From positions 11,532,001 to 11,596,000 of the forward strand of contig NC_043020.1 of assembly GCF_006345805.1 (NCBI RefSeq): DNA of 64,000 nt, in the 5' to 3' direction. Position 1 is the stretch's first letter; each line of letters begins with the position of its first letter. The stretch is from Octopus sinensis (Eukaryota). The translations under genes and the position numbers were made by a program. A model generated the notes under the pieces. The model was not told the origin of the DNA. It was given only the letters and a program-made list of their open reading frames with translations, and did not search any database. Positions 13,099-26,268 of this stretch are shown piece by piece.

Positions 13099-13132
<34 letters not shown>

Positions 13133-13330
13133 GTGTTTGTCCCCCTAGCATTGCTTGACAACCGATACTGGTGTGTTAATGTCCCCATCACTTAGCGGTT
13201 CGGCAAAAGAGACCAATAGAATAAGTACTGGGCTTACAAAGAATAAGTCCCGGGGTCGATTTTCTCGACTAAAGGCAGTGCTCCAGCATGGCCACAGTCA
13301 AATGACTGAAACAAGTAAAAGAGTAAAGAG
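12908..13330 (+). mobile_element. SINE family A
   Basis: Full head-to-tail match to the other A copies. Confidence 0.9.
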
Positions 13331-14186
13331 TATATATATATGCAAACATCATACACACACACACGTATATATATATACAAACATCGTACATACACACAAG
13401 CATCATACATGCACACACACTAATGCTAAAATAGGCATAACTTTTCCTAATAACCGACATAGATGTTTGAAATTACAGAAAACATGATTTTTTAAAAATG
13501 CTAAAAAACAGGTGACATATAAAAAAAAATTAAAGAAGTGGTAGAAATTATTGAAACAATGATGAACCAGTAATAAATGATGAGGACAAGGGAGGGCGAG
13601 GTTTGAGGTGCTACAGCTGCAAAGATAATCCAAAGCAAAGACACCAAGAAAGAGAATGAAAATGAAAGATGCTACAGTGATGGAACAATAGGAATATTAT
13701 TTCAGAATTATTACATTCGTCAATTAAGTCAAGTTCAGTGGGTTGCAATTCCTAAGTAAACACTTCTGCTCATGTACGCAAGTGCATACTAATTCATTAC
13801 ACTTGTTCAGTCCATTTCCATCATTAGTAAAAGCATTTCCTTGCCTTCACTAATATTATTACAGCCCTTTCCTAAATTTAATTATTAATGTCTGATTCAG
13901 AAGGTAAAATACTTTCAAGTGTGGTACAGATTTTACACATAGACTAATGATAATTGTAGTATCAGAGTTTCCTTGAGAATGTTCAAACCATTTTGGTAGA
14001 CGCTGGTGGTTTCTAAAAACTGACAACGCCAGCATGAATATAAATCAGCAACACTCTCACAGCGTTTACACTACCGTCTGCTAATGACAGCAAAATGTGT
14101 GTTTATAATTACACATCTCTGCTGGAAACATTGGTCCATGAACAGTGATAAAACTATAGAATGTTTACTTCAATATGTGTGGTGTG

Positions 14187-14217
<31 letters not shown>

Positions 14218-14282
14218 GTATATATATATTATATACATATATATATATATACATATATATACATATATATATATATATATAC

Positions 14283-14314
<32 letters not shown>

Positions 14315-14321
14315 CATATAT

Positions 14322-14351
<30 letters not shown>

Positions 14352-14354
<3 letters not shown>

Positions 14355-14485
14355 GCTACTGAGACATGGAAGAGCAGCATGAAAAATCAACAGAAAGCCA
14401 GATGTGCTCCATCAAAAATGCTTGAGAAGGATTCTGAGAATGTCCTGGCAAGACTACATCTCAAATGAAGACACTTTAAGAGAGC
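14352..14485 (+). mobile_element. RTE-clade reverse transcriptase C-terminal fragment (frameshifted)
   Basis: YATETW...HQKCLRRILRMSWQDYISNEDTLR is the RTE LY..ETW/LRRIL.ISW....NEEVL motif. Confidence 0.75.
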
Positions 14486-14728
14486 CAACCAGCGTCGCCT
14501 TACTGGCACTTGTGCTGGTGGCACATTCAAGCGAGGTCATTGCTAGTGTTGCTGGCCGGACTCCTTTGCAGGTGGCACATAAAAAACACCATCTGAGTGT
14601 GACTGTTGCCAGTACTGCCTGACTGGCCCTCGTGCCAGTGGCACGTAAAAGCAAACCACTACACTCTCGGAGTGGTTGGCATTGGGAAGGGCATCCAGCT
14701 GTAGAAACTCTGCCAGATCAGATTGGAG
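14485..14728 (+). mobile_element. RTE 3' UTR fragment
   Basis: Internal repeats plus ggaagggcatccagctgtagaaac; tail lost at an A-family head fragment. Confidence 0.75.
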
Positions 14729-15711
14729 CCGGGACTTAACCTAGAACCATGTGGTTGGAAAGCAAGCTTCTTACCACACATCCGCGCCTGTGCCTATATA
14801 TTTATTATTCTTACAAAAGAATGTTCTCAACAATGACTTCAAAGTTTTGGCCAGCTAAGCCAAATTCAGCTGTCCAATAATGGTTTAGCAGGCCAAAACT
14901 GCGAAGTCACTGTCAACAACATTCCAGTATAAGAATAATAAATTTGTGCTCTACAAAAGTATAGAGTAACCAGTCAGATTAATGTAAAATTGTTTTTATT
15001 ATAACTGAACATGAAAAACAAACATTAATACATACATTAATATATATATATGAGCTACAAAAAAAAATCTTCTTAAAAGATTATCAACAAACTAGTCTCT
15101 CTAATCCAAGTTTGGTAGTTCCCCCAATAGAAAACACGAGAAACTTCTCCGAGATAATATTTAAACTAGACTTTCTATTCATAAAGGCAGTCTATCCATA
15201 TTGATAACCATAGATTATCAAAACTGTATTTCTTAGCTTGAGCTACTTACTGTCTTTACATCAATGTCTGTCTGGCTGCTGCTGCTACTACTACTACTAC
15301 TAATATGGGTGGTGGTAGTGGTGGTGGTGGTCTAAATCCTTAATTATTTCCGCCATAGCGCTAGTAGCAGCTCCGCTGTCACGAACACCAAGACCATCGC
15401 TACCAATACCGCAACTGCTTCCGATACCAGCACACCACTACTACCACCTATACCCATAAACTTAGAGCAACACCACCAATACAAACAGCACTATCACCAC
15501 TAAGACACCAACACCCATACCATCTCTACCACCACAAACAGCATCATCATCACCACCACCATCACAAACAAGAGAAATATCACCACCAATATCACTGGCA
15601 AAAAGCTTCTATGCATTTACTTAATCTACTGAAAATAGTAGCTGAATCTCCCTCAAATCATACTCTGCTATCTTATAGAACACATAAGAGAATGTGGTCT
15701 TTACATATATA

Positions 15712-16209
15712 TCTTTATATATAAAAGTCAAGTTGTGTGTCTGTCTCCTACGATTTAGATTCCTAACTACTCCCACATTTTGCGGTGCAGTTTAACCAAA
15801 ACCGGGTATCTTATAGTCGTGATTCATATCGAGCCCTTCTGGGTATAAGCGCGTCTACGATGAGTCAACGATTTAAAAAAAAATTTACCATAATTTTTTT
15901 CCATTTTAATGCATTTTTCGCTATTATATAAGGGAAGTAACTCTCTAAAAATGTCTACAATGAGTCAATGATTTAAAAAAATATTTACCATTATTTTTTT
16001 CCATTTTAATGCATTTTTTTCGCTATTATATAAGGGAAGTAACTCTCTAAAAATGTCTACGATGAGTCAATGATTTAAAAAAAAATTTACCATAATTTTT
16101 TTTTTCCATTTTTAATGCATTTTTTGCTATTTTTTGGCTATAACTCTCTAAAAATGCTTATATAGTTATTTCCCTTACAAACCCGAGCAACGCCAGGCGA
16201 TACTGCTAG
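15712..16209 (+). mobile_element. Non-autonomous Helitron (HelA)
   Basis: Starts A|TC, has the subterminal hairpin cccgagcaacgccagg, ends CTAG|T; three internal ~85-100-bp subrepeats. Confidence 0.85.
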
Positions 16210-16410
16210 TCTATTATATAAAATCCGTTCTGTCTTTGTGTGTGTCTTCTAGGATCTCGGGCATCCTCCATCTGATTGCGCTCAAATTTGATATGTAGAT
16301 ACCGACAGTATCAGGGTGTGCATAAGTCTTGAAAAAATTACAAAAATCGATTCCAGGTGAGAATGCGATCGATTAAGCCGTTTTTGTCCTGCTTTTCTTC
16401 CGTCAAATTA
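16210..16410 (+). mobile_element. 5' part of a second Helitron (HelB), internally deleted
   Basis: Starts TCTATTATATAAAATCCGTTCTGTC directly after the HelA CTAG; matches 20029 onward with a ~145-bp deletion. Confidence 0.7.
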
Positions 16411-16512
16411 TGTATTTCATAATTTATTTGTCAATTACACTGGTGTAAAGTTACGGGGATGTAAACACACCAATGTAGAAGCTTCCTGGATGGTTCTAAT
16501 ATTGGATAAGGT

Positions 16513-16740
16513 GGCGAGCTAGCGGAATCGTTAGCACGTCGGGCGAAATGCTTCGCGGTATTTCGGCTGCCGTTACGTTGTGAGTTCAAATTCCGCCGAG
16601 GTCGACTTTGCCTTTCATCCTCTCGGGGTCGATAAATTAAGTACCAGTTAAGCACTGGAGTCGATATAATCGACTTAATACCTATGTCTGTCCATGTTTG
16701 TCCCCTCTATGTTTAGCCCCTTGTGGGTAATAAAGAAATA
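16513..16740 (+). mobile_element. SINE family B
   Basis: Head ggcgagctagcgg, B box gagttcaaattcc, Nin/Deu-like core, tail aaagaaat. Confidence 0.85.
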
Positions 16741-17166
16741 GGTTCTAATATCGGATACAAACTTTGGCACAAGGCCACCAATTTCAGGACGGGGGGAGGG
16801 GAGTCGGTTACATCGACCCCCCCCCCCCCCAGTATTCAACCGGTATTTATTTGATCAACTGTGAAAGGATGAAAGGCAAAGTCAGCCTTGGCAGAATTTG
16901 AACTCAGAACACAAGGACAGACAATATTGATATGAATGTTATTGTTGTTGTTGTTGTTGTTTAATCCTGGGTCAGTCTAAGAGTATTTATGCTGTGTGTG
17001 TGTGTGCGTGTTTGTATCCCATGTGTGTGCGTAAACATGTGCATGTTTGTACTTCATGTGTGTGTGTGGTGTGTGTGTGTGTGTAAACATGAACTGGAAG
17101 ATGTTTAAGCAGCCATGTTATCACAATTGGCAACAAAAGGATCTTTCTCTCTCTCTATATATATAT

Positions 17167-17233
<67 letters not shown>

Positions 17234-17621
17234 GACCAACTACTACGACCAACAATCACTACTGTTGCTACCATTGGAACACAAGGTAACAAAAAAAGTG
17301 GATCCTTTTAATACCAGCAAGAAACAATAATGGACTTCTTCACTACACTCAACAGGAATATAGCGATTATACCAACTACCGACAAAACACCACCACATGG
17401 ATTCTATTGAGAACAGTAAGAAACGAATATGAACTTTTCAATTTTCACTTTTTATAATATTTTTGATAAGGTTCGTTTTTATCAAGAACCGAAACATGTA
17501 AAATTCATAAGAAAATTAAAATTTATCTAATATAGTGGCGTTTTCAAACTTCTTTTTTACAAATATATACCCACTCGTACACGATCTACTCTTATTATAA
17601 ATATATATATATATTATATAT

Positions 17622-17669
<48 letters not shown>

Positions 17670-17693
17670 GTATATATATATTCCCTCAAATAA

Positions 17694-17750
<57 letters not shown>

Positions 17751-17958
17751 TATATATAGAGAGAGAGAGTGGGAGAGATAGATCTGTCTGTCTCGCTCTC
17801 TCTATATCACTCACACTCTCTCTCCCCCCTATCTATCTATATATCTATCTATCTCTCACTCTCTCTCTATATATATATACATAGAGAGAGATTTGTCTGT
17901 CTCCCTCTCTCTATCTATATCACTCACACTCTCTCTCCCCCATCTAGCTATCTATCTA

Positions 17959-17996
<38 letters not shown>

Positions 17997-18333
17997 CAAA
18001 AGAAGACAGACTGCATGAATCTCATATGAAAAGTGTGACACTGCATGGTAATAAGATATTTTGGAAATTCCGCTTGTACATGGAGGATAGAAAAGGAATG
18101 AGCTTGGTTGTGATTTGTGATGTGCCAATATGAAAGCCAAAAAGACAGAGCACAATGGAATAAAGACATCAGAAGTGGGTAATAAAGGCCTGAATTAATG
18201 AAGGCATCAAAGATCACTGCACTGATAGAGACATGTCATGTGACTGGGTCATGTGATTGAGTAGTTCACAGTAGAAAAACTGCAACAGAATGCTGAGAAT
18301 AGATGTGTGTGTGTCCAATACAGATCACATATA

Positions 18334-18550
18334 CTCTTTACTCTTTTACTCTTTTACTTGTTTCAGTCATTTGACTGCGGCCATGCTGGAGCACCGCCTT
18401 TAGTCGAACAAATCGACCCCGGGACTTATTCTTTGTAAGCCCAGTACTTATTCTATCGGTCTCTTTTTGCCGAACCGCTAAGTGACGGGGACGTAAACAC
18501 ACCAGCATCGGTTGTCAAGCAATGCTAGGGGGACAAACACAGACACACAA

Positions 18551-18594
<44 letters not shown>

Positions 18595-18756
18595 GACAGG
18601 CTTCTTTCAGTTTCTGTCTACCAAATCCACTCACAAGGCATTGGTCGGCCCGGGGCTATAGCAGAAGACACTTGCCCAAGGTGCCACGCAGTGGGACTGA
18701 ACCCGGAACCATGAGGTTGGTTAGCAAGCTACTTACCACACAGCCACTCCTGCGCC
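18334..18756 (-). mobile_element. SINE family A
   Basis: Full length in reverse. Confidence 0.9.
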
Positions 18757-18976
18757 ACACATACACAAATGGAAGCAAATAGGTGAGATGTCTTGATGTT
18801 AGCCTTTATTCAAAGGGAGAGAAAGATAAAGGGAGATGGAGAGAGAGAGAAGTCCAGCTGACCAATGACAACATTTGAGGACTGACATAATGAAAATGAG
18901 GTCGTGTGTGTGTGTGTGTGTGGTGTGTGTGTGTGTGAGAGATCATCATCATTGAACATCCGTTTTCCATGCTAAT

Positions 18977-19369
18977 TGGCTGTGTGGTAAGAAGCTTGCT
19001 TACCAACCACATGGATCTAGGTTCAGTTCCACTGAGTGGTACCTTGGGCAAGTGTCTTCTACTATAGCCTCGGGCCGACCAAAGCCTTGTGAGTGGATGT
19101 GGTAGACGGAAACTGAAAGAAGCCCGTCATATGTGTGTGTGTGTGTGTGTGGTGTGTGTGTGTGTGTGCGTGCCTGTGTTTGTCCCCCCAACATCGCTTG
19201 ACAACCGATGCTGGTGTGTTTGCTTCCCCATAACTTAGCGATTCGGCAAAAGAGACCGATAGAATAAGTACTAGGCTTACAAAGAATAAGTCCTGGGGTT
19301 GATTTGCTTGACTAAAGGTGGTGCTCCAGCATGGCCACAGTCAAATGACTGAAACAAGTAAAAGAGTAA
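18977..19369 (+). mobile_element. SINE family A
   Basis: Near full length; head-to-head with 18334-18756. Confidence 0.9.
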
Positions 19370-19632
19370 GGGTTGGATGGTTTGACAAGAAATGGCCAGC
19401 TGGAGAGCTATCCAGATCTACTTTGTTCAATCCCTAGTCATACAGAGTTCACCAATCTGTTCACCAAAGTTATAATAATAAGTGATAGTAAATATGTCCC
19501 AGACGAATTTAGTTCAACCACAGAACACATTTCAACATCCAGTTCACCTTGCTGTCAAAAGGAATAGACACATGTGGAACAGGTACCCATCAATCAGTCA
19601 TCATAGTTGCCAAGAGGAATGGCTAACAGATA

Positions 19633-20948
19633 TCTTTATATATAAAAGAGAAGTTGTGTCTGTCTCCTACGATTTAGATTCCTAACTACTCCCACATTTT
19701 GCGGTGCAGTTTAACCAAAACCAGGTATCTTATAGTCGTGATTCATATCGAGCCCTTCTGGGTATTAGCGCGCGTCTACGATGAGTCTACGATTTAAAAA
19801 ATAATTTACCATCATTTTTTTTCCATTTTAATGCATTTTTTCGCTATTATATAAGGGAAGTAACTCTCTAAAAATGTCTACGATGAGTCAATGATTTTTA
19901 AAAAAATTTACCATAATTTTTTTTCCATTTTTAATGCATTTTTTTGCTATTTTTTGCTATAACTCTCTAAAAATGCTTATGTAGTTATTTCCCTTACAAA
20001 CCTGAGCAACGCCGGGCGATACTGCTTGTATTATATAAAATCTGTTCTGTCTGTCTGTGTCTTCTAGGATCTCGGGCATCCTCCATCCGATTGCGCTCAA
20101 ATTTGATATGTAGATACCGACAGTATCAGGGAGTGTATAAGTCTTGAAAAAATTACAAAAATCGATTCCAGGTGAAAATGCGATCGATAAAGCTGTGGGA
20201 GCATGCATTTGTATGTGCAAGTACATCAGCTGTTGCGATTGATACTACACGTACACCAGAAAAATGCACGTGCAGTTTGCGCCAAAAATCATCATGCTTT
20301 TCCATCTAGATTTATCTCCAGCTAACCCATTTGCATGCATCATTTTTGTCCTGCTTTTCTTCCGTCAACCTGCACATAACTGCACCTTCCATTTTTTTGT
20401 TGTTTTTGTACTGCTTAAAGGCACGTTTCTTTCCTGCCAAGCTTACTGTTTAAACCATGTTTGTGTTCTCCCAGTCAACAGCCTTATCATTACTGGTACT
20501 TGAAACTCTTCGGTTGCATATTTGTGTGAATAAAATCGTTTTTCTTCGGAATAGAAAAAAAAGTCTATCTTTATTTCTTCTTTTGCTGGTGTCTCAAATT
20601 TAGGTTAAATCAGTGTTTTTCAAAGAGGAGGCCTACGAGACGGTCGGACAAGTTGTTTTGAGAAAAATTGGTTTAACCCTTTAGTGTTTAAACTGGCCAG
20701 ATCAGGCCAAAATTGTCTTCCTGTTTTATGCTCAAACCAGCCAGCTCTGACCTCTCACACCTACCCTACAAAGTCAGTCTAAAAATAAACAGGGGCATCA
20801 TCAAAATCCCAGAGTTACAAGATGCTGTACAATTAATTTAAAACAATGTAATTAAACAGGCTTTACATTTGACAGATTAATCTGAATGCTAAAGGGTTAA
20901 ATGTTTGACAACTCAGCACCGTCCATTGGATGGGGGGCATTTTGCTCG
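19633..20948 (+). mobile_element. Composite Helitron HelA+HelB
   Basis: A|TC start; internal HelA terminus (hairpin, CTTG at 20025-20028); final hairpin ccgtcc-att-ggatgg and CTCG|T at 20945-20948. Removing the element approximately restores the flanking repeat unit. Confidence 0.7.
20677..20896 (+). mobile_element. piggyBac-type MITE P1 (220 bp)
   Basis: TTAA|CCCTTTAG...CTAAAGGG|TTAA, nested in HelB. Confidence 0.85.
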
Positions 20949-21774
20949 TCAATATAATACACCGTGGACTATGTTTCTACCCTTAGACAGTGGTTCAATT
21001 GGTTCGGTCTCTGACCACATTTCACTAATTCGTCAAAAGGAATAGATACATGCGAAACAGATACCCACCAATCGGACATTGTAATTGTCAAGAGGAATGG
21101 ATAACAGATCAGTTAAATACACCATGGACTTCATTTATATCCTTAGACAGCGGTTCAATCTGGTTCAGCCTCTAACCACAGATCATTAATCCCACATGTT
21201 GCTATTAGATCCAGACTTCCATTTCGTTTTTAGGCTGCAAGTGAAAGCTGGTGCATGCATGCATATGTGTACATGTGCATGTGTGTGTCCATGTATGTGT
21301 GTATACATACAGGTGAGTGTACATACATGCATGTGTATATGTGTGTGTATGTGTGTGTTAATAGCCTTGTCTAATCCACAGTGAATTCTTCATGCACAGA
21401 CCATCCATCCACCCATCCACAATGCCGACTTCTTCCTCAGCTGCAAGGAATAAATAAGCTTTAAACGGTTCTTCTTCTTCTTCTTCTTGTAGTTGTATGT
21501 TCCAGTAGAGTCCATGCTGTTTGTGTCGTTGTCGTTGTTGTTGCTGTTTTTGTTGTGTATTTTAGGCTATTTGAAAGTGATCAATAATAGATTGTTAGAT
21601 ATTTCAGGGTCAATGGGGAGAGACAGACAGACAGACAGACAGAGAGAAGTTAATTGGTTGAGATGGAGATGGCAGGGGTGGAGCACACGAAGGTGTGTGT
21701 GGTGTTAGAATGGACAGTGAGTGATTGGCGGTAGCGGCAGTGATGATGGGTGGGGTGGCAGTGAAGTAGTGGCT

Positions 21775-21878
21775 ATGATAATAATAATAATAATTATAGT
21801 AGTAGTAGTAATAATATAATGATAAAAATAATAATGATGATGATAATAATAATAATGATGATGATAATAATAATGATG

Positions 21879-21912
<34 letters not shown>

Positions 21913-22085
21913 TGATGATAATGATGATAATAATAATAGTAATAATAATAATAATGATGATGATAATAATGATGATAATAATAATGATGATAATAATAAT
22001 GATGATAATAATAATAGTAATAATAATAATAATGATGATAATAATGATGATGATGATGATGATAATAATAATAATAATGAAATAA
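21775..22085. repeat. (AAT/GAT)n microsatellite
   Basis: Direct reading of the sequence. Confidence 0.95.
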
Positions 22086-22189
22086 TAAACGCTGTAATAA
22101 TGGTGGTGAGGAGGTGGTGTCCGTGATGGTGAGGTGAGTGAAAGCAGGGAGGTAGTTATGGTGAGAACAGAACAGAAGAGTTTGTATTG

Positions 22190-23240
22190 GTGATGATGGT
22201 GGAGTGGTGGAGGTGATGGTGGAGTGGTGGAGGTGATGGCGGAGTGGTGGAGGTGATGGTGGAGTGGTGGAGGTTATGGCGGAGTGGTGGAGGCAATGGC
22301 GGAGTGGTGGAGGTGATGGTGGAGTGGTGGAGGCGATGGCGGAGTGGTGGAGGTGATGGTGGAGTGGTGGAGGCGATGGCGGAGTGGTGGAGGTTATGGT
22401 GAAGTGGTGGAGGTGATGGTGGAGGTGATGGCAGAGTAGTGAAGGCGATGGCGCAGTGGTGGAGGTGATGGCAGAGTGGTGGAGGTGATGGTGGAGTGGT
22501 GGAGGTGATGGTGGAGTGGTGGAGGTGATGGTGGAGTGGTGGAGGTGATGGTGGAGTGGTGGAGGTGATGGTGGAGGTGATGGCGGAATGGTGGAGGTGA
22601 TGGTGGAGGTGATGGCGGAATGGTGGAGGTGATGGTGGAGTGGTGGAGGTGATGGCAGAGTGGTGGAGGTGATGGTGGAGGTGATGGCGGAGTGGTGGAG
22701 TTGATTGTGGAGTGGTGGAGGTTATGGCGGAGTGGTGGAGGTGATGGTGGAGTGGTGGAGGTGATAGGGGAGTGGTGGAGGTGATGGCGGAGTGGTGGAG
22801 GCGATGGCAGAGTGGTGGAGGTGATGGTGGAGTGGTGGAGGTGATGGTGGAGTGGTGGAGGTGATGGTGGAGGTGATGGGCGGAATGGTGGAGATGATGG
22901 CAGAGTGGTGGAGGCAATGGCGGAGTGGTGGAGGTGATGGTGGAGTGGTGGAGGTGTGATGGTGGAGTGGTGGAGGTTATGGTGAAGTGGTGGAGGTGAT
23001 GGTGAGGTGATGGTGGAGTGGTGGAGGTGATGGTGGAATGGTGGAGGTGAAGTGGTGGAGGTGATGGTGGAGTGGTGGAGGCGATGGTGGAGTGGTGGAG
23101 GTGATGGTGGAGTGGTGGAGGCGATGGCGGAACGGTGGAGGCGGTGGTGGGGGTGATGGCAGAGTGGTGGAGGTGATGGCAGAGTGGTGGAGGTGATGGC
23201 GGAGTGGTGGAGGCGATGGCGGAGCGGTGGAGGTGATGGC
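22190..23240. repeat. 21-bp minisatellite (ggagtggtggaggtgatggy)
   Basis: About 1 kb array of degenerate 21-bp units. Confidence 0.9.
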
Positions 23241-24374
23241 AAGTGTAGAAAGGATAGTGAGGAAAGGGTGGTGGGTGTAGACTGCCAGTAGTGGGGGTGG
23301 TGGTGGTGAGGGTAGGTTGTAATTATCGTGATGGAACAGTAGAGTTACTTGTATGGGCAGTGGTGATGCTGTAAAGAAGCAAGTGTTGTTGTTGATGTAG
23401 TTGCAGTGGTGGTGGAGGTGGTTGTGGTGGTGGTGGTGGTGGTGGTGATGGTGTTGGAGATGGTGGTGTTGGTGGTGGTGGTGGTGATGGTGGTGATGTT
23501 AGTGGTGGTAGTGGTGGTGGTGTTGGTGTTGTTGGTGGTGGTGGTGGTGGTGGTGGTGGTGTTGGTGGTGGTGGTAGAAGATGCTGTGACTCGAATTATT
23601 AGAAGAGGGTGGTGTGGGATGTTTGATTTGTGACGGTGGTGGTGGCGCAGTGGGTGGTGTTGTTGGCTGTGGCGGAGGTAGCGGTGTTAAATGTGGTGGT
23701 GGTGGTGGTGTTAATGGTGGGAGTGTAAGGGTGATCAATTAGTTATGGCAGGGCGGGGGTGTTGTTGATGTTATTATTGGTAATGATGATGTGTCTGTCT
23801 GATTGGTACTGATAGTCATAGCGGGGGTGGGGTGCAGAGGGGGTGGGGCTTGCATTGGTCTTATTGATAAGGATATGGTGTGTGTCAGATTTGGCTGCGG
23901 TAAATGGTGATGATGCTACCGGCAGGGGAAGGGTGTATGAGGGGGGAGGGGTACGTCTGACTGGTGATGTCAGTGGTAGTAGGAGTTTTTTTTTTGTTGT
24001 TTTTTTTTATTAACGATGAGCGAGGCCTGATAAGTGTGTAGTGGTAGTTTGGTGGATAAGGATGTAGAATGTGGTGGTGGTGGTGGTGGTGGTGGTGGTG
24101 ATGGTGGTGGTGATGGTGGTAGTGGTGATGGTGATGGTGGTGGTGATGGTGGTGGTGGTGGTGGTGATGGTGGTGGTGATGGTGGTGGTGATGGTGGTGT
24201 GGTGGTGGTGGTAATGATGGTGGTGTGGTGGTGGTGGTAATGATGGTGGTGATGGTGGTTGTGATGGTGGTGGTGGTGATGCTGGTGGTGTAGTGTGAGC
24301 TGACTGACAAAATCAGGAGAGAAACGAAGAAGAAAATGAAGAAACCAAGCCTAATATTTTTATTGTTTCTCTGT

Positions 24375-24638
24375 CTGTCAGTCTGTCTCTCTACTTACCT
24401 ACAAGTTTATCTATCTGTCTATTTGCCAATCTGTCTGTCTGTCTATCTACATACCTACCTACCTAGAAGTTTATCTATCTGTCTATCTATTTACTTATCT
24501 TAGTTTATCTGTCAATCTGCCAGTATATCTATCTATTATCTATCTATCAACCTACCTCCCTACCTACCTACATACCTACTAGTTTATCTATCTACCCACC
24601 TACCTACTTACCAGTTTATCTATCTGTCACTCTGCCAG

Positions 24639-24674
<36 letters not shown>

Positions 24675-24742
24675 CCTTTCTATCAATCTATCTATCTATC
24701 TATCTACCCACCTACATACCAGTTTATCTGTCACTCTGCCAG

Positions 24743-24778
<36 letters not shown>

Positions 24779-25025
24779 CCCACCTACCAGTTTATCTATC
24801 TGTCACTCTGCCAGTCTATCTATCTATCTATCTATCTATCTATCCATCCATCTATCTATCTAGTTATCAATCTATCTATCTATCTATCCATCCATCCATC
24901 CATCCATCTATCTAGTTATCCATCTATCTATCTATCTATCTACTTACCTACCTACCAACCAAGTAGTTTATCTATCTGTTTATCTGCCAGTCTGTCTGTC
25001 TGTCTATCTATCCATCCATCCATCC
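24375..25025. repeat. (TCTA/CCTA/TCCA)n tetranucleotide array
   Basis: Includes a repeated ccagtttatctatctgtcactctgccagtc subunit. Confidence 0.9.
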
Positions 25026-25740
25026 ATGCACACCTTTTATTCAAAATACTCCAACAGTGAACACAACAATTTCGGCTGGATGTCTAATCTCCACGTCCAT
25101 CAGGCTAATCCGGATAAAATACTTAAACTTTGCATAACTCTGCATGGAGTACTTCTTTGAATGGACAGATGTCTTCCTGGCTTCAAAAACCACAAATATC
25201 CTACTCACGCACCCAGATGCACACACGGTCGCCACCCCTTACCCTGTTTCCAAATAAAGAGTGTTCCACTGCAGATGTCTTTGGAAAACTTAAGAGGAAT
25301 CAATCACAATGTCAGCACCACTGCCATTTTGCTCAAGTGATGACAAGCATGGAATACTAACATCCATACACACACACACACTCAAACATGCCAGGCTTCC
25401 TGCAGTTTCCATCAAGTGTTCATACGTACACATGTACAGGTTTAGTGATGCAAATAAGAAATTAGAATTCAAAACATAAGTATACTTTTTTACTCTTTTA
25501 CTTGTTTCAGTCATTTGACTGTGGCCATGCTGGAGCACCGCCTTTAGACGAGCAAATCGACCCCAGGACTTATTCTTTGTAAGCCCAGTACTTATTCTAT
25601 CGGTCTCTTTTGCCGAACCATTAAGTTACGGGGACGTAAACACACCAGCATCGGCTGTCATGTGATGTTGGAGGGACGAACACAGACACACAAACATATA
25701 CATACACATATATATATATATTATATATATATATATATAT

Positions 25741-25950
25741 AGGGAGAATTTATGAAAAAAACAAAAGACGAAGACAGGTAGTGTACAAAACAAACAGATG
25801 TATTAGTATAACGCTGAGGAATAGAAAAAGTCTTTTACGTTTCAAGCCTACACTCTTCTACAGAAAGGGACACAGAAAAAACAAGGAGAGAAAAAAAATG
25901 TGTGTAGTGGCTAACGATCTATCATGGCGTCTGACTCGGACAGAAGGGTC
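25741..25950 (-). mobile_element. Element G copy 1 (Penelope-like, hammerhead-bearing)
   Basis: Homologous to 29258-29433 and 40397-40598; abuts (TA)n. Confidence 0.75.
25831..25867 (-). ncRNA. Putative minimal type I hammerhead ribozyme (degenerate stem II)
   Basis: cuuu-CUGUAGAA-GAGU GUAG GCUU-GAAA-CGUA-aaag; stem II has two G-U wobbles. Confidence 0.4.
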
Positions 25951-26268
25951 ATACATACATACGACGGGCTTCTTTCAGTTTCCGTCTACCAAATCCACTC
26001 ACAAGGCTTTGGTCGGCCCGAGGCTATAGTAGAAGACACTCGCCCAAGATACCACGCAGTGGGACTGAACCCGGAACCATGTGGTTGGTAAGCAAGCTAC
26101 TTACCACACAGCCACTCCAGCGTATATATATGCTTTTTATTAATAACCAACAGAAGTTATAGCGTGACTCAGGGCCTGAGGGTTTCATGCTAATACATGA
26201 AACTCAGTTCAAGACACTCAGTTGCCTCTGCCAATTATTAATACACACATACACATACATACATACAT

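Larger units (their letters stand above)
25490..26122 (-). mobile_element. SINE family A interrupted by element G
   Basis: 3' half at 25490-25740, G at 25741-25950, 5' half at about 25951-26122. Confidence 0.85.

Noticed and set aside
13430-13670. Hydrophobic, transmembrane-like minus-strand frames
   Set aside because: They end in stops without donors and do not match the PGAP1 membrane region; T-rich composition explains the hydrophobicity.
12190-14060. Similar ~65-bp segments at 12190-12257 and 13996-14060 translating to similar short peptides
   Set aside because: The similarity is at DNA level with stops nearby; best explained as fragments of an old dispersed repeat, not paralogous exons.
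17996-18217. 73-aa minus-strand ORF faintly like a PGAP1 TM segment
   Set aside because: No credible donor and similarity too weak.
22156-23242. 253- and 282-aa His/Pro-rich ORFs
   Set aside because: Translation of a 21-bp minisatellite.
25037-25270. Minus-strand small exon plus AATAAA as a gene 3' end
   Set aside because: The peptides do not match the PGAP1 C-terminus; AATAAA is common in AT-rich DNA.
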